Shown in pieces: positions 1 to 16,479 of a DNA stretch of 64,000 bases. This DNA is from the human T2T-CHM13v2.0 reference genome, Homo sapiens, in the NCBI RefSeq assembly GCF_009914755.1, contig NC_060933.1; one strand, 5' to 3'. The position numbers and the translations under genes are program-made. The notes beneath the pieces were generated by a model. It was not told the DNA's origin and did not search any database. It saw only the letters and a list, made by a program, of their open reading frames with translations. How positions within the stretch are numbered: position 1 is the stretch's first letter; every line of letters begins with the position of its first letter.

Positions 1-1159
1 TAACAGCTCCCTTCCCCATCTCAGACTTAGGTGTTGTAGGACCATCTGGCTCACCTGATTCTGCTTGCCCCAGAATGCCTCCTTCTGCAGACAGGCACTA
101 GTGACCACGACCACACCCCCCACTATACCCGTGCAGTGTCCAGGTGCGCCCAGCAGCGCGCCCAGGGCTTCACCTTCCACTTGGCGGCGAGAGGGGAGGG
201 GAAGAGAGGTGGGTAGTGAGGCGGCAGTCTCAGGAAGAGAGCCACTCCCTCAGGCCGCCCGCTGCACTCTGCTCTGATGCTGAGGGAGGGCAGGCGGCGG
301 GTGAGGGCCGGTGCCCTTCACTGGGAGTGAGCCGCCGGGCTCGGGGTGAGGGTGCCGAGTCCTGAGGCTCAGTGGGCCCTGCTGTGGGGTAGAAACTGCG
401 CTGGGCGCCAGACACACACTTTTTGCACCAAATCTTTCCAAGAGTCTGCAAGGTGGCCACCGTCATCCCATTTCAGACAAGGAGGTTGAGCTCGAGGGAC
501 ACGGCCACCAAGAAGATGCTATGTGTGGCCAAGCGAGTGTGGTCCCCACTGCCGCCCCTGCGGGCCACTCATCGTGTTTCCAAGCATTTCCAAGGATCTC
601 TTTCTGGCAGTGTCATTCCAGACACGAGGAGCCCGGCCTCTGTCAGGAAAATGGGGCTGAGAGCAAAGCCCCCTCTAGACTGCCCCAAGGGCGGGGGTGG
701 GGGTCATGGAGGCGCTCAGCCCGCTTCCTGGCACGAAGAGGGCCTGGGAGAAAGCTTTGCTCTTACTGAGCACTTGCTGTTGGACCAGCCCCTGCCAAAG
801 GCTTTAGATACAAATGGAACAGTAAATGCAACAAACTGTGCGACCCGGAAGGGGAAAGCCCGGGGGACCAAGAGCCCTTGTCAGGGGACTCGAGCAGGCC
901 TGGGGGCAGGAAAGGCTTCCCAGGACAGGCCTCTAAGCAGATGGCGGCAGTGAGCCAGGCAAGAAGGTTCCCCTCCAGGGAACTGCAGGGGAAAGGCCCT
1001 GAACTGGGAGGCACAGGAAGGTGGCCAGTGTGCCTGAGGCTGGGGCACCGAAGGCCAGGGAGACTCGGCAGGGGCGACGGCCGGCCGGCAGGAGGGTGCC
1101 TCCAGGGCAGGAGCACCAAACTGTGCATGGCTGCAGCACACGTGGCCGCAGACTAGGCT

Positions 1160-1410
1160 TGTGGGGCAGGAGGCCGCAAGAGGGGCACCTGGGACGGGGC
1201 ACGGCCAACCAGGCTGGCAGGGCAGGAGGCCACAAGAGGGGACCTAGGACGGGGCATGGCAGACTCTGGCTGGCAGGGCAGGAGGCCCCAAGAGGGGGCC
1301 TAGGATGGGGCGCGGCAGACTGGCTGGAGGGGCAGGAGGCCACAAGAGGGGACCTAGGACAGGGCGCAGGAGTCTCTGGCTGGCGGGGCAGGAGGGCGCG
1401 GCAGACTCCG
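1160..1410. repeat. Degenerate ~56-bp tandem repeat, ~4.5 copies
   Basis: GGGCAGGAGGCC-ACAAGAGGGG-ACCTAGGACGGGGC recurs at ~1164, 1220, 1276, 1329 and 1386. Confidence 0.85.
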
Positions 1411-1828
1411 GCTGCCGCCTGGTTTTGGAGGGCTGGCCGCTGTGCTTTGCAGGGCCCACCATCTGGTTTTGCAGGGCGCGCCGCCTGGTTTTGGAGGCCC
1501 CACTGCCTGGTTTCATAGGGCCCGCCGCCTGGTTTTGTACATCCTGCAAGCTAAGAAAGGTTTTTACGTTTTTAAATGGTTGAGCAGGGTGGTGGGGGAA
1601 GCGTAAGAGTAATATTTCATGATATGTGAAAATGATAACACATTTCAAATTTCATTCTACAAAAATAAATTTCATGGGAGCATTGCCACGCTCCTCCGTT
1701 TACAGACCACCCAGGACTGCTGTCGTGCTGCAAGGGGAGAGTTGCGTAGTCGTGACAGAGACCGTCTGGCTCAAGAAACCTAAAATATTTACCATCCAGG
1801 CCTGCGCTGGAACATCTGCCGCCACCTG
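1385..1828. mobile_element. MER58B-like hAT-Charlie DNA transposon fossil; its GCCGCCTGGTTTTG motif is locally repeated at 1415-1540
   Basis: Matches recalled MER58B blocks GCTAAGAA..TTTTTACGTTTTTAAATGGTTG, GACAGAGACCGT..CCTAAAATATTTAC; ends ..CCACCTG followed by CTCTAGGA. Confidence 0.75.
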
Positions 1829-1953
1829 CTCTAGGAGAGAGACGGCAGTGGCCGGGCTGGGACACCGGCAGAGAAGGAAGTGACTTCAGGGGCAGTCAGG
1901 AGGGAGACCTGCTGGGGCCTCAGCTAGGGGCTCGGGTCTGGGCATCTGCATAA

Positions 1954-3085
<1,132 letters not shown>

Positions 3086-3124
3086 TGTCTCTGTGTTTTG
3101 TGTGGCATGCACATCTGTAGTTTA

Positions 3125-3435
<311 letters not shown>

Positions 3436-3518
3436 CATAATAAGAATATTTCTTCATCCCCAAAGATTTGATTTTTGCCCCCAAGAGCAGTAATGCCCCT
3501 GTTGAAAATGCATAGGCT

Positions 3519-3731
3519 ACCAGCATGGCCAACGTGTCGAAGCCTTATCTCTCCTAAAAATACAAACATTAGCCAAGCGTGGTGGCAAAAGCCTATAGTC
3601 CCAGCTACTCAGGAGGCTGAGATGCGATAATTACTTGAACCGGGCAGGCAAAGGTTGTAGTGAGCCAAGATTGTGCCACTGCATTCCAGCCTGAAGGACA
3701 GAGGGAGGCCCTATCTCAAAAAAAAAAAAAA
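3519..3731 (+). mobile_element. 5'-truncated Alu
   Basis: End of left arm, right arm and A tail. Confidence 0.8.
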
Positions 3732-3930
3732 GCATAGGTTAAGTAAAATATATTATTATAATCAGTGCTACCTATTTCTTTTTGCTTTTTTATTGCAGCC
3801 ACCAAAATTCTGAAAATACAGATGTGGCTTACATTATATTTCTATCTGGCAGCACTGATATAGACAGAAAACAAATACCCATGTCAACATGTATAGACAC
3901 ATATGGATACAGAGACACATACATAAATAA

Positions 3931-4385
<455 letters not shown>

Positions 4386-4639
4386 CTGATCTTGCCTTCT
4401 AAATACCCCTCTCCACTACCAAGGAACCAGAGCTCCTTGGACAAACAGCTGGTTCTTAAGCTGGGACAATGGAAATGCAAGGTAAGCCTGGAACATCTTG
4501 TTGACCAGCCTGGGTTACCAGCCAGAAAGTCAGGCACGGTATTCACATGTCCTCTGCAGCTCGAAGAATGATGAGGACGAATCAAAAGACACAGGGAAGC
4601 AAGCCGGTGTAACACAGTTCCCACTGGTCAAACCTGAGA

Positions 4640-5480
4640 CTATGTGAGCATCAATATAAATAATGATGGTAACAGGTTATATGCATGGAATAAAATAGGA
4701 AACCATAATCCAAACTGGAGACATGGCAGCAAGGGACAGAATGAGGGAGGGAGAGAGGGAAAAGAAAAGCAGAGATGGATGAGAAGAAAAGGAAGAAAAG
4801 ACTGAGAGAGATGAGCAGAGAAGGACAAGAGAGGAAGGAAAGGAGGGAGAAAAGGAGAAGCAAATATCAAGATATTTATATTGACTCAAAGTATCTTCTT
4901 TAAGTACGTGTTAACAGCAAACGGAAACCAAGTAACTTTACAGTGAAATCAAGCAGACTCCACCTTCACCAAGTAACTAAACAGAACATCACCAGCAATG
5001 GGGCACAGCCAAGCCCTGGACCACCTGCTAGGAGGCAAGAAGGATGCAGCGTGGAGGCGGAGCTAGACCCCTACAGGTGCATGACCTGACGCTGCTGATG
5101 GGGGAGCATTCTGTAACCAAAGGAGGCTGTAACCTTCCAAAGAGTCAAGGTCATGAACATCAAAGAAAGGCTGAGGAGCAGCCCCAGGTTGACAGAGGGG
5201 GACACAGCCACAGGCAGCCCAGGGTCCTGAGGCTGCTCTATGCTATGAAGGGCATTTGCTGGGACAATTGTGGAGAAGTGGACGGGTCACGGATTGCTGC
5301 TGTTGGCTGGATGGAGACGGATTGATGCTGTTGGCTGGATGGAGACAGCAGTGCTGTGGTTACAGAGGAGAATGCCCTTGTTTGCAGTAAACGCACTGAT
5401 GCCCCATACTTACCCTCAAATGGTTCAAGAAAAAGTTACCTGTGCTGTACTCATAACTTTTCCAATGACTGAGATATTTT
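4640..5480 (+). mobile_element. Old L1M (L1MC-like) 3' fragment
   Basis: AGTAACTTTACAGTG..CACCTTCACCAAGT..AACATCACCAGCAATGGG resembles L1MC 3' UTR. Confidence 0.5.
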
Positions 5481-7446
5481 CAAATTTTTTTAGACAATAA
5501 AATCTATCCCCCCCAAAAAAAGAAAAGACGCCCTTGTCTTCTTTGCAACCAGCATTCCCTCCTCTGCTCCCGGCAGCCCTGTGTTGTGGACCTCGGCTAC
5601 ACCAGCCCAGCCCCTTCTGCTGGCACCAGGGGCCCTTCGGGCACTTCCATGTCGCTTTTCAGTCACCAAGCACCTCATCAACATCCACTGGGGTCCTTGC
5701 GTGACCAGAAGCCTCATGAGAGCAGGGACAGCCCCGGCCTGTTCTCCTCCCTCCCCTTGGAGGCACAAAGCCTCCGTGGCACACAGCAGGGTTTTATTAT
5801 TATTATATTTATTTATTTTATTATTATTTATTTATTATATATTTATTTATTTATTATTTCTCGAATGAAGGCACAAGGTTCTGAGGGACCCAGAGAGGAG
5901 GAAGCCCAGCCGTGGCCCTGCCTTGGAGGGGCTCAGACCTGGAAGGGGGGCAGCCACACAAAGGTGCTCCAGACACACTGGGTCTGTCATTAGGATCATC
6001 CTTCACACTCTCCAGCTGTCCAGCTGCTGAGTTTTGCAGAAGGAGCAGCAAGGGTATCGTGTGATGAAACAAAGAGTTTCATTACACGAGGCCAGAGAGA
6101 AACCTGGAACAGTGGAGGAGTGAGATCGAGGTTCAAAGCGCGTGGAGGACAGGGTGGGGAGAGGGTGAAACCCAAGGAGGCTGCCAAGGGGAGGGAGCCC
6201 CTATACCAGCTCCTACAGGAAGAACCAGGCTAGAAGGAGAGAAGGTCTTCCAGCAATGGCACAGCTCACGATGGCACACATCAAAAAGGCCCGGAGGGGG
6301 GGATGCCAAAACCATCGCCAGGCTGGCGTGTCCGGGAAGAGGCAGGGAGCACAGGGAGTTGAGGTGGAGGTGGGGGACAGACTCTGGCAGGCCCAGGGCC
6401 AAGCCTTTGCGTGGTGTCCAGCAATGGCTGCCTGATGTGTTTTACGAGGAGGAGGCCACCAGGACGATGTGGGCAAGTCAGAGGTTGGGCGGCGGGTGGT
6501 ACCTTAAGGGTGCAAACTGCTGATGCTGGCACAGGCAACCTCGGGACCTCCCAACCGAAGCTGCTCCAGACACACCCGATTTCTCGTTAGGGTCAGCAGA
6601 TTGTGGCCATACCCAATTAGTTTAATTAAACCCACGGGGCTTCCAGGCACTTCAGATAAAAAACAAAATAAAATAAAGTAGATCCTGCCAGCTTCAGAAG
6701 AAATGACCAGGTGGGCAACTGGGATCTCTGTGACCACCTCCTAGCACCCGGCTCTGCACACAGCAGGTGCTGCATAAATGCACGTTGCTATGATGCTCCA
6801 TTAGGGCAAATAACCCAGCCCAGATTAAACTCAAAGTGGGAGGGGCGCTCCAAGTCCTCTGAAAATAGGATGTCACCATGAGAAGCCAGGGGAAATTCTG
6901 GAAGGAGGGAACATCATAGAGGCCTCCGGGCTAGACGGCCTCATATGCCATGACTGGCAGGGAGGTGGGCAACTCCCCGCCGTGTGCGCTCGAGGGGCCC
7001 TGCAACTCACCAGCCAGGGATCACAGGCACCCACCCCCCACCCCTGCCACCCCATGAAAAGAGACACACACCGTGACAACCCAAAACCCAAGAATGAGGC
7101 CAGGGACATCCCTCAGAAAGTCCACAAGAGAGTAAGCCAGCTTAGGAAGGCCTGCAGTCATCATTTATTTAAACAGTCCTGGGAGGGAGACTGCAATCCC
7201 TATGTTGGTTTTGCCACTTACTCCTCTGGGCAGGAGTGGTGGGGTGATGGGGAGTCACTCAAGCTCTCCGGAACCTTGACGGCCTCACCTATTAAACACA
7301 GGCAGCAACCCCCACCTAGGCTTGTGCTTAGGCCACAGCAGGGCAGGTAAGAAAGGGCAGATGTGATTTTTCTATGACCCAACCACCAAGGGTGGAGATG
7401 ACTTCTTCCCTCTCCCATCCCCACCCCTTAAGAAACGTGAGTTTCA

Positions 7447-8731
<1,285 letters not shown>

Positions 8732-9899
8732 TCAGCCTCAGCGACACAGGGCACTACGTGCCACAGTCCAGGTGACGGTCATTTCCTGGGCACTGTGCGA
8801 AGGGTGTGCCTTCTGTGCCTGCCCTTAGCAAATCCTCACAGCATGGCTACGAGGGGACTGCTATGACTGTTCTCATGACAGAGATGGGGAAACTGAGGCT
8901 CTGGAGGTCGTTGCCTACCTGGGAGGGGACAGTGCCAGGATTCAATCAGAGCGGAGAGCCACACAGACACACACCCATCTGGTCCTCCTACCATCCAGGC
9001 CCCTACACGCCCTCCACGAGTCCGGCAGCAGGGCCCCTAAACACCCCTCTACCGGCCCAGCAGCGGGACCCCTAGACACCCGTCCACCCCTCAGCAGCAG
9101 GGCTCAAGGGGCCTCTGTCAGGGTTCGTATTGCTGCCTGGCCAATGGCTCCAGAGACCCCAGGAAGTCTCTGGCTTGAACTTCCAGTGCAGGAGCTGAGC
9201 CAAGCCACCTGCCACAGCCACGGCCCCCTCCTCTTCCCATCTTCCCAAACCACAGCTGGGGAGGGGCAGCCCCCGGACCCAGCGAGTCCACCAGGCAAGG
9301 CTGGGCTCCTCCCAAGCCTCCTCTGTGCGGACCCAGCTGCCCTGCCTCTGCCCTGAGCCCCAGCCTGCAAGCAGCAGGGAATCCTGCCCGAGCAAGTCAG
9401 CCTGGGCAGCCCCTGGAACTCATATCAAAGGCAGCCACCTTGGTTCGAGGCCCAGCCCTGCTCCCCAACAGCTACCCTTCTCCTCAGTTTCTCCAGCCAT
9501 AAAATGGAGTCCAGACTTCCCAGTCCCCGTGGGGCTCTGAGAACAGATCCGGGGAAGCCCTCTGCAGCAGTGACCGCCACCCCCGCCACCTGCACCTGAC
9601 CACTGACATCCTGCGGGAAGAGGCGCTGGCTCCCAGGGAGGCCTCTGAGGGCTCCTGCTAAGCCGGTCCAGGCAGTGCTGGGTAATCATTACCCAGTGGG
9701 AAGGCGGCCCCTTCCCCTCTGGGCTTGCCTTTGTCAGCGCCCCCCAACCCGGCAGAGAAAGGCCCGGTCTCCTAGGAAACGCAGTCACCGCCAAAGGGCA
9801 GAGGCCTCGCTGCCCAGCCTGGAATCGCTGGTGACTCACTCTCCCTCCTTCCCAGGAACCACGTCCTAAGTCCCACTGGTGAATGGTCCCTCTCCACAT

Positions 9900-12450
9900 G
9901 GAGTTGCCACTGCGCGCGGTGAGGGGCTGCTGAGCTGGCTGGAAGACCGCACCTCCTCGGCGCTGGGTGGACCCGGCTGCCACCCGCTCTGCCTCCCCCG
10001 ACCTCTTCTAAGCTGCTCCCGGTAAGGATTCCGCGACCCCCGGAGAACAGGACGGAAGCCTCGATTCTCTCAAGTCTTAGCCAAGTTCCCTCTTAAGAGG
10101 CCAAGAAAAGCAGCTTCGTTCGGCTGGGCAGGCATTTTCCTGCCTGGCCCTGCGGCCGCACGCGTGCCTCCGCCGCGACAAAGGCCACACTCAGCGCCCG
10201 AAGGAGGGGTGGGGGTGTTGGGAAAGCGATGGGGGCCAGGACTGGGGCCAAGTGGCCCTGGGGATCCTCGAGGCGGCTCGACCCGGGAGCCAGGACTGGC
10301 GCCAAGTGGCCCGGGTCCGGGTCCGGGAAGAGGCGGAGGCCGGCGAGGGGGCGGTGCCCGGGGCCAACCCAGCTCCCTCCGGCCCCGAGGGCTCCCGCCC
10401 CGCGCCCCTCCCGGGCCCTCCAGCCGCGCCCCGGGCCGGCGCAGCGACCGCGCCCGCTCTTCCACCGGCGTCCGGCCAGGAGGCGCGAGGCCCAAGGATG
10501 CGACCCACGACGCGCACACCCGGCTCGGCAGGCTCCCTGGGAAATGAGGGGCCACTCGCAGGGCCCCGCAGAGCGAGCGCAGCGCCGGAGCCTCCCCCAT
10601 CCCAGGCCGCGCAGACCGCGGAACCGGCGCACCAGAGCAGTGCCCGCGGGCGGCGGCGGCGCGACCCAGGCTGAGGGGACTTTGGCCAACTTCGCGCCTC
10701 CTGAGGTCGCGTCTCGGAGGCCCGGGGCGCACCCTCCAGCCGCCCGCCCGCGTCCCGGAGCCCGGCCGCCCCAGCCAGGGCGCCTGGGCCGCCGCCGCTG
10801 CGACCTCCGCGTTCAGTCCGCGCGTCGGGCAGCGCGAACGCCGCCTCCCCGGGGCCCTCCCGCCCGCCGGGCGCTCACCTGGGACATCTGCGGCCGGAAG
10901 TTGATGTCCTTGAGGTCGATGGAGCCGGGGGAGAGGTTGTGCAGCAGCTGGCACAGAAGGACCCCGTCGCGCAGCGCCTGCGCCAGGTCGAAGACCACGG
11001 CCGAGGGCCACACCACCCGGTGGTTGGGCGGCAGGACCTTGCAATCGATGAGCCAGCGGCCGCACTGCCGCCACTGCTCCATGGCGCCCGCGGGCCCGAC
11101 CGGCTCAGGGCAGTGCTCGAGCCAAAGTGCAGCGGCCGCGGGGCATCCCGCCCGCGCGCGCGCGGGGCTCAGGGCCGGGGCGGGGCTTCGCGCGGGCTGC
11201 CCCAGGTCCCCCGCTGCGCCGCCGTGCGTCCCCTCCTCTTCCTCCTCCTACTCCTCGGGCTCCTCTCGGGCCGCCGCTCCCGCCCACGTGCGGCCGCGGG
11301 GCGGGCAACGGGCAGCGCGCCGGATCTCCCCGCTTCACACACGCAAGTGCCTGCGGGCCCCGGGCCGGGCTCCACGCAGCCAGTCGCCGCAGCGCTCCCC
11401 AATCCGCGCCGCCGGGCGCCGCATTCTGCGCTCGGGGCGCCCCGCGGCCGCCGCGGCTCCTGCCCCGCCCGAGACAAAGGCCCGGCGGGGTCGCTCGCTC
11501 CGCGCGTCCCGGGCCTGGGCCGCCCGCGTCGCCGCCGCTTTGTTCGCCCCACCCGCAGTCCCCACGCCCGGCGCTGCGACTCGACGACTCGGCGGCTCGG
11601 CGGCTCCACGGCTCCGGGGCGCTGGGGGCGCAGGGGGCGCGGCCACGGCCGGGCGGGGCAGGGGCGGGGCCGGAGCACTCGCCTGGCACCTCCCCGTGTC
11701 CCAAGCGCCGCCCCCGCCCCCCCACTTCCTGCCCCGCTACCGCCCGCGAAAGTTGCGGTGGGCGGGGGTTGCGGCGCAGGCCCAGGTCCGGCCGACTTTC
11801 TCCAAGGGCGCTCGGACTTTGGGGAGCCCTTCTCCCTGGGGGAGCGACCTCGCCCGTGGAGTGATGGCCGGGCGTCCCCCCGGGTGCCTTTGGTCCTCCG
11901 TGGAGGTCAGGAGGTGGTCCCTGTCGCGCTGGGCGCCCTCGCATGGCCGTTCGGTAACGACAGACTCGGGAGAGGGCACCGGGCTGGGCCGAAGCTTACT
12001 GAGCCCCCTTGGCCCATCAAGCCGCCCCGGCGGGATACCCGAGGCTGAGGCTGAAGGCACACGGGCCCAGGACTCCCAGAGCCCTCTTCCTGTCCTCCGC
12101 CCTGGCCGGGGGCCCATAGGAAGACCCCCGACCCTGCATAAAGGCCAGGATTCCCCAGCTTTTGGCCAAAGTCCTGGCCACTCGCAGCTGCCCAGCGGGC
12201 AGTTCCTGGCGTCCAGGGCGGAATGCGTGACATGAGTGAGGGCAGGAAGGTGCTCTCCGGCCCAGGGTCGCAGCCGGCCCCGGTGCTGATCCGCCCTGAT
12301 CTCCCTTCTAGGCCACACCCTGGGTGGTGGGGGCGCGGTCTGTCCAGCTGGCAACGTGTGACGGTAGGAGGGGCTTCAAGGACAAACAGATTCTGCAACT
12401 GAAATTATATGGATCCTGGCTCAGCTGCCGGGAACCGCGGGTTTTCACTG
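9900..12450. promoter_or_regulatory. VAV2: CpG island / VAV2 promoter
   Basis: Very GC- and CpG-rich around exon 1; GC boxes at ~11651-11670 and ~11709-11722, ETS core CACTTCCTG 11723-11731, E-box CACGTG 11285-11290. Confidence 0.9.
10879..11082 (-). CDS. VAV2: VAV2 coding exon 1 (N-terminal calponin-homology domain, 68 codons); gene continues leftward beyond the window
   Basis: [68 protein letters not shown]; strong Kozak GCCATGG; donor CAG|GTGAG at 10878. Confidence 0.98.
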
Positions 12451-13626
12451 CTGATTCACTGGGGGACACCAGGCAAGTCCAAGCCCTTCTCTGAGACTGG
12501 CTCAGCCCGGAGGCTGGGGTGCGGTGTCTGAGGGCTCCCACCCTGGACTCCGGTGGAATCCTGGGCCTGTATGAGCTGGGGCTGCACTGCAGCCCCCGGA
12601 CCCCTTACCCCGTGGCTTCCCTGCGCAGGGGCCGGAACGGGGATGCGAGCGCAGAGAGGGTCCCCTGGGCCCAGGGCCTCCGATGGGGGTCCTGTCCTGG
12701 AAATTGGTCTCTGCAGAGTCAGACTCACCCCTTCTCCACTGAGGTGGAAGCAGGGGGTCCCAGCTTAGGGTCTGGCCCGTAGAGAGAGGTCAGGAAGGAG
12801 CTGGCCCCTGCAGCAGTAAACTCAGGCCAGGTGGCTGGTGAGGCGGGGGCTCAGGTCTCTTGCCCTTCCCCGAGGAAGCAGCAGTGGGCACCTTTAGGGC
12901 AAGGGGGAGAGCTTTCCTCACCGAAGCAAGATGGGGCAGCAGGTGGACCCATCAGCATCTCCCTAAGAAATCAGAAAGCCAGGAGTGAAACCTGAGCGGG
13001 GCCCTCCAGCCCCATCTGAGAGCCTACACTGATCCCTCCTCCTGCAAAGCCTCATCCCCTCCTCTCTAGAGCGGGGAGACCCGGCTCCCACTGGACTTGC
13101 TTGTGAAGAATGGACGGATAAATTACCCAGAGGCTTCCCACTGTGCTGGGACAGAAAGGGCTCAGAGAGGAAGAAGAGCTACCCACTCTCCCAACCCCTC
13201 GCCTGGACCACCGGCGCATTGATGCACTAAATGTCTCTTTCCCCAGGTGGCTCCCTCAGCAAGAAGGGGGCCTCTGTCCTCACTGTCCTGGGCCTGCCTG
13301 CTCTGGCCAAGAGGACCAGCCAGGTCTGGGACCCAGGCAGCCGCCCGCCAACAATGCCATGGGTACCTGCTGCCCCCTGGTGGTGCTGTCACCACGGGGC
13401 ACCTGGCTGCACCCAGGAGGGGCTGCACAGAAAATCTGGGGTTGACCGTTGAGAAGACCCAACTCAGGAGACACAGACTTCACCACAGTGGCCCTGAGCC
13501 ACTCAGGCCTCCCTGGTTCCCAGGTCCTGATCGGCATAGGACATTCACCGGCCCTGTGCACCTCCCAGAATCCTTGGAGGCTCTGAGGGCAGGATGGATG
13601 TGAATCAAAGAACAAAAGTTTGGTGG

Positions 13627-13755
13627 GGCCAGGTACAGCAGCTCAAGCCTGTAGTCCCAGCACTTTGGGAGGCTCAGGCAGGCAGATGGCTTGAGTCCAG
13701 GAGTTCAAGACCAGCCTGGGCAACACAGTGGGTCCCTGTCTCAAAAATAAAATAA
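13627..13755 (+). mobile_element. Alu monomer (FLAM/AluJ left arm)
   Basis: Single-arm Alu with A-rich tail. Confidence 0.8.
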
Positions 13756-14633
13756 AAGGTAAAGAAAATGGGGCAGGAGCTCCCTTTGTAACCTTTAGTG
13801 TGAGTGTAATGATGAACAGGTTGAGACTGTGGACTCAAGGCACATGCCAGGAAGACTAATAGAGAGGACGCTGTTTGGGAAAATCCTACCACCATCCATG
13901 TCCACTTGGACTCAGGGCTGTCTGCCAGGACTGCCTGCTGCACACCTCCAGGGGGCGAGAGTCCCATCACACCTTGGAGATGGGCTCCAGGGGGAGCTGC
14001 TTACACAGACTGCCAGTGAGCAGCTGCCAGTCCAGCCGAGCAGATTAAACCAGGGAGCAAGAAGTGCCAGCATGGGCCACATACCCCAAGTATGGGGGAG
14101 GGTCACAGGTGGCGGAGGAGGGCACCAGGCAGGGCACACCCGGGGAGGGAGCAGCAAGGCTTCCAGGAGAAACTGAGGTTTGAGTTGACAACCAGAGATT
14201 GATCATGGTTGCAGTGACTAGGAGAGGGTGACATGGAGGATGGAGAGCTTGGACAGGAGTTGATTTTTAAACCACAAAGGAATTCAGTGTTGCCATGATC
14301 TCAGGCATTGAACAATAAACCGCAGTGTCCTCCTGAGCTCCTGTCTCATTCTCCCCGGCAGCCATGTGGGCAGCGAGTCCCAGCAGTCCACCTTCCTGTT
14401 CTGTCCAGCATCTGCCCCCTCCTGGCCCACCCCCACCAAGCCCCAGGCCCCCTCTCCTTGGACCCGCTTCCACCCTTCCACCTGTCCTCCGCAGCCAGCA
14501 AGGACCCAGTCGGCCCTCAGTGACACCCTGTCTCTCTTCTGCGCGGATGGGCACCTCGGGGCTCCCGCCTCACTGGAGGTAAAATCTAGCAAATCACTGT
14601 AATTGTAATTTTTAAATCCAATATATTCTTTCA

Positions 14634-15007
<374 letters not shown>

Positions 15008-15884
15008 TTATTTATTGACTTGTGGCATATTTTAACACTATCGCTATGTGAATTAACGTTACACTACGTAAGATTGCAGTTACGTCGCACATTGTCACTT
15101 TCAAGCCGTTATATTTTAACAGCATTCATAGTTGCAGTAACCAATCCTGTGTCTTGAGTCTGAGTGGCCGGCCTAGGTGATGGTCACCTCCTTTAAACCA
15201 CAAGCCACTCCATCACTTCTAGTCACTGTTATTGTACTGAGTGGTCCAACATAAAAACCAGCTCACCAAGCACATTGGTGAGCTGCCCAAGGTCACCCAG
15301 CAACACAGGAAAAAGCCAAGTCCAAACGCCAGGCCTTATTGACACCTGTGTGCACCCCTAAATAGAGGCTGCTGCTGAAAGGGCTTTCCACGCCTAGAAC
15401 TTTCTGCTTTCCCTTAATGCACTGATGTGGGTGGGGAGGTGACGAGGGAGGGAAAATGATCTGATGTCTAGAACACGTGGATACGGAGTCAGCAACAGAG
15501 CGCAGTGCCTGGAGCCCACAGGCACACCCCCCCGCCCCGCCACTGTGGTACCGAAATGAGCCCTTAGTACAGGCAGGAGTAGCAAGGCTAAGAAACGGGA
15601 GCCGAAGGGTCCGACACTGACTTAAAGGAGGGAAGGGCAGCTGGAAGTATATCCACGCATCCTGGAGGTCCTGGAAACCTGGTGACTCTTGGATCCTCGG
15701 GGTCCCAGAGAGGAGACCTTTGGAGGAAGGAGTGGGTAGACAGGTGGCTGCCCTTATGTGGGCAGCATGGCTGGGCTTCCCCTCTGGCTTCTCTGCCCAG
15801 TCACTCACACCACGAGTGATGCTCCACCTACCACTCAGCACGTCCTTCCTGCACCCAGGCCCTGAGCCAGGACCACCCACACCC

Positions 15885-16010
15885 TAGGAGGCGAGGACTG
15901 TCATCGTACTGTGCTACAGATGAGGTCGGCTCACATAGCTTGAGTGACTTGGCCAAGGTTATGCAACTGGCAGAGTTCAGATTCGAACTCAGGTCCACCT
16001 TCTCCTATGC
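15885..16010. mobile_element. MIR fragment
   Basis: TACAGATGAGG..GAGTGACTTGGCCAAGGT..GATTCGAACTCAGGTC MIR core. Confidence 0.65.
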
Positions 16011-16479
16011 CTCCAGCTGAGAGGTTTGCTTTTGTTTTCTACTGATAAATAATGATTTCAAGGGCAGTGGCACAGGACAATCTGAGTCCACAACCGGCCC
16101 AGCGCCCCTCTCCTGGGTTTCTGCAGAGCTGCCCTCATCAAATTGGTGTCCTCATTCTCTGGGCAGCCCCAGGGTCTGGTTTCTGAACAGGAATACATGT
16201 GTCCCTTAGCACGTTACATGCCACAGTGGAAGGGCTTGAGAGTTTACCTCTCACTCAAGACTGTTTCTTTCCATACAGGCCCTCCCAGAGAACCTCCATA
16301 CAGCCAGAGTGGGCACTGTCTCAGTCCAGTATTCCCCCAAAAAACACCAAGACCTGCTGCAAGGTCTCAGTACTTTTCATCAAAAGGTCCAAGGCTCAGG
16401 GGACCCTCATTCCACAGCCAGCATCCCAGGGATAGACTGAAGCTTCTTCAAAGGAGCTCCGCCCAAGGCTGGAGTCTGT

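Noticed and set aside
5290-5346. 28-bp tandem duplication
   Set aside because: Ordinary slippage duplication inside an old L1 fragment; no sign of function.
10070-12354. Long overlapping ORFs (up to 668 aa) over the VAV2 promoter
   Set aside because: Stop-poor GC-rich CpG island; low-complexity Ala/Arg/Pro/Gly products. Only the VAV2 exon is recognisable.
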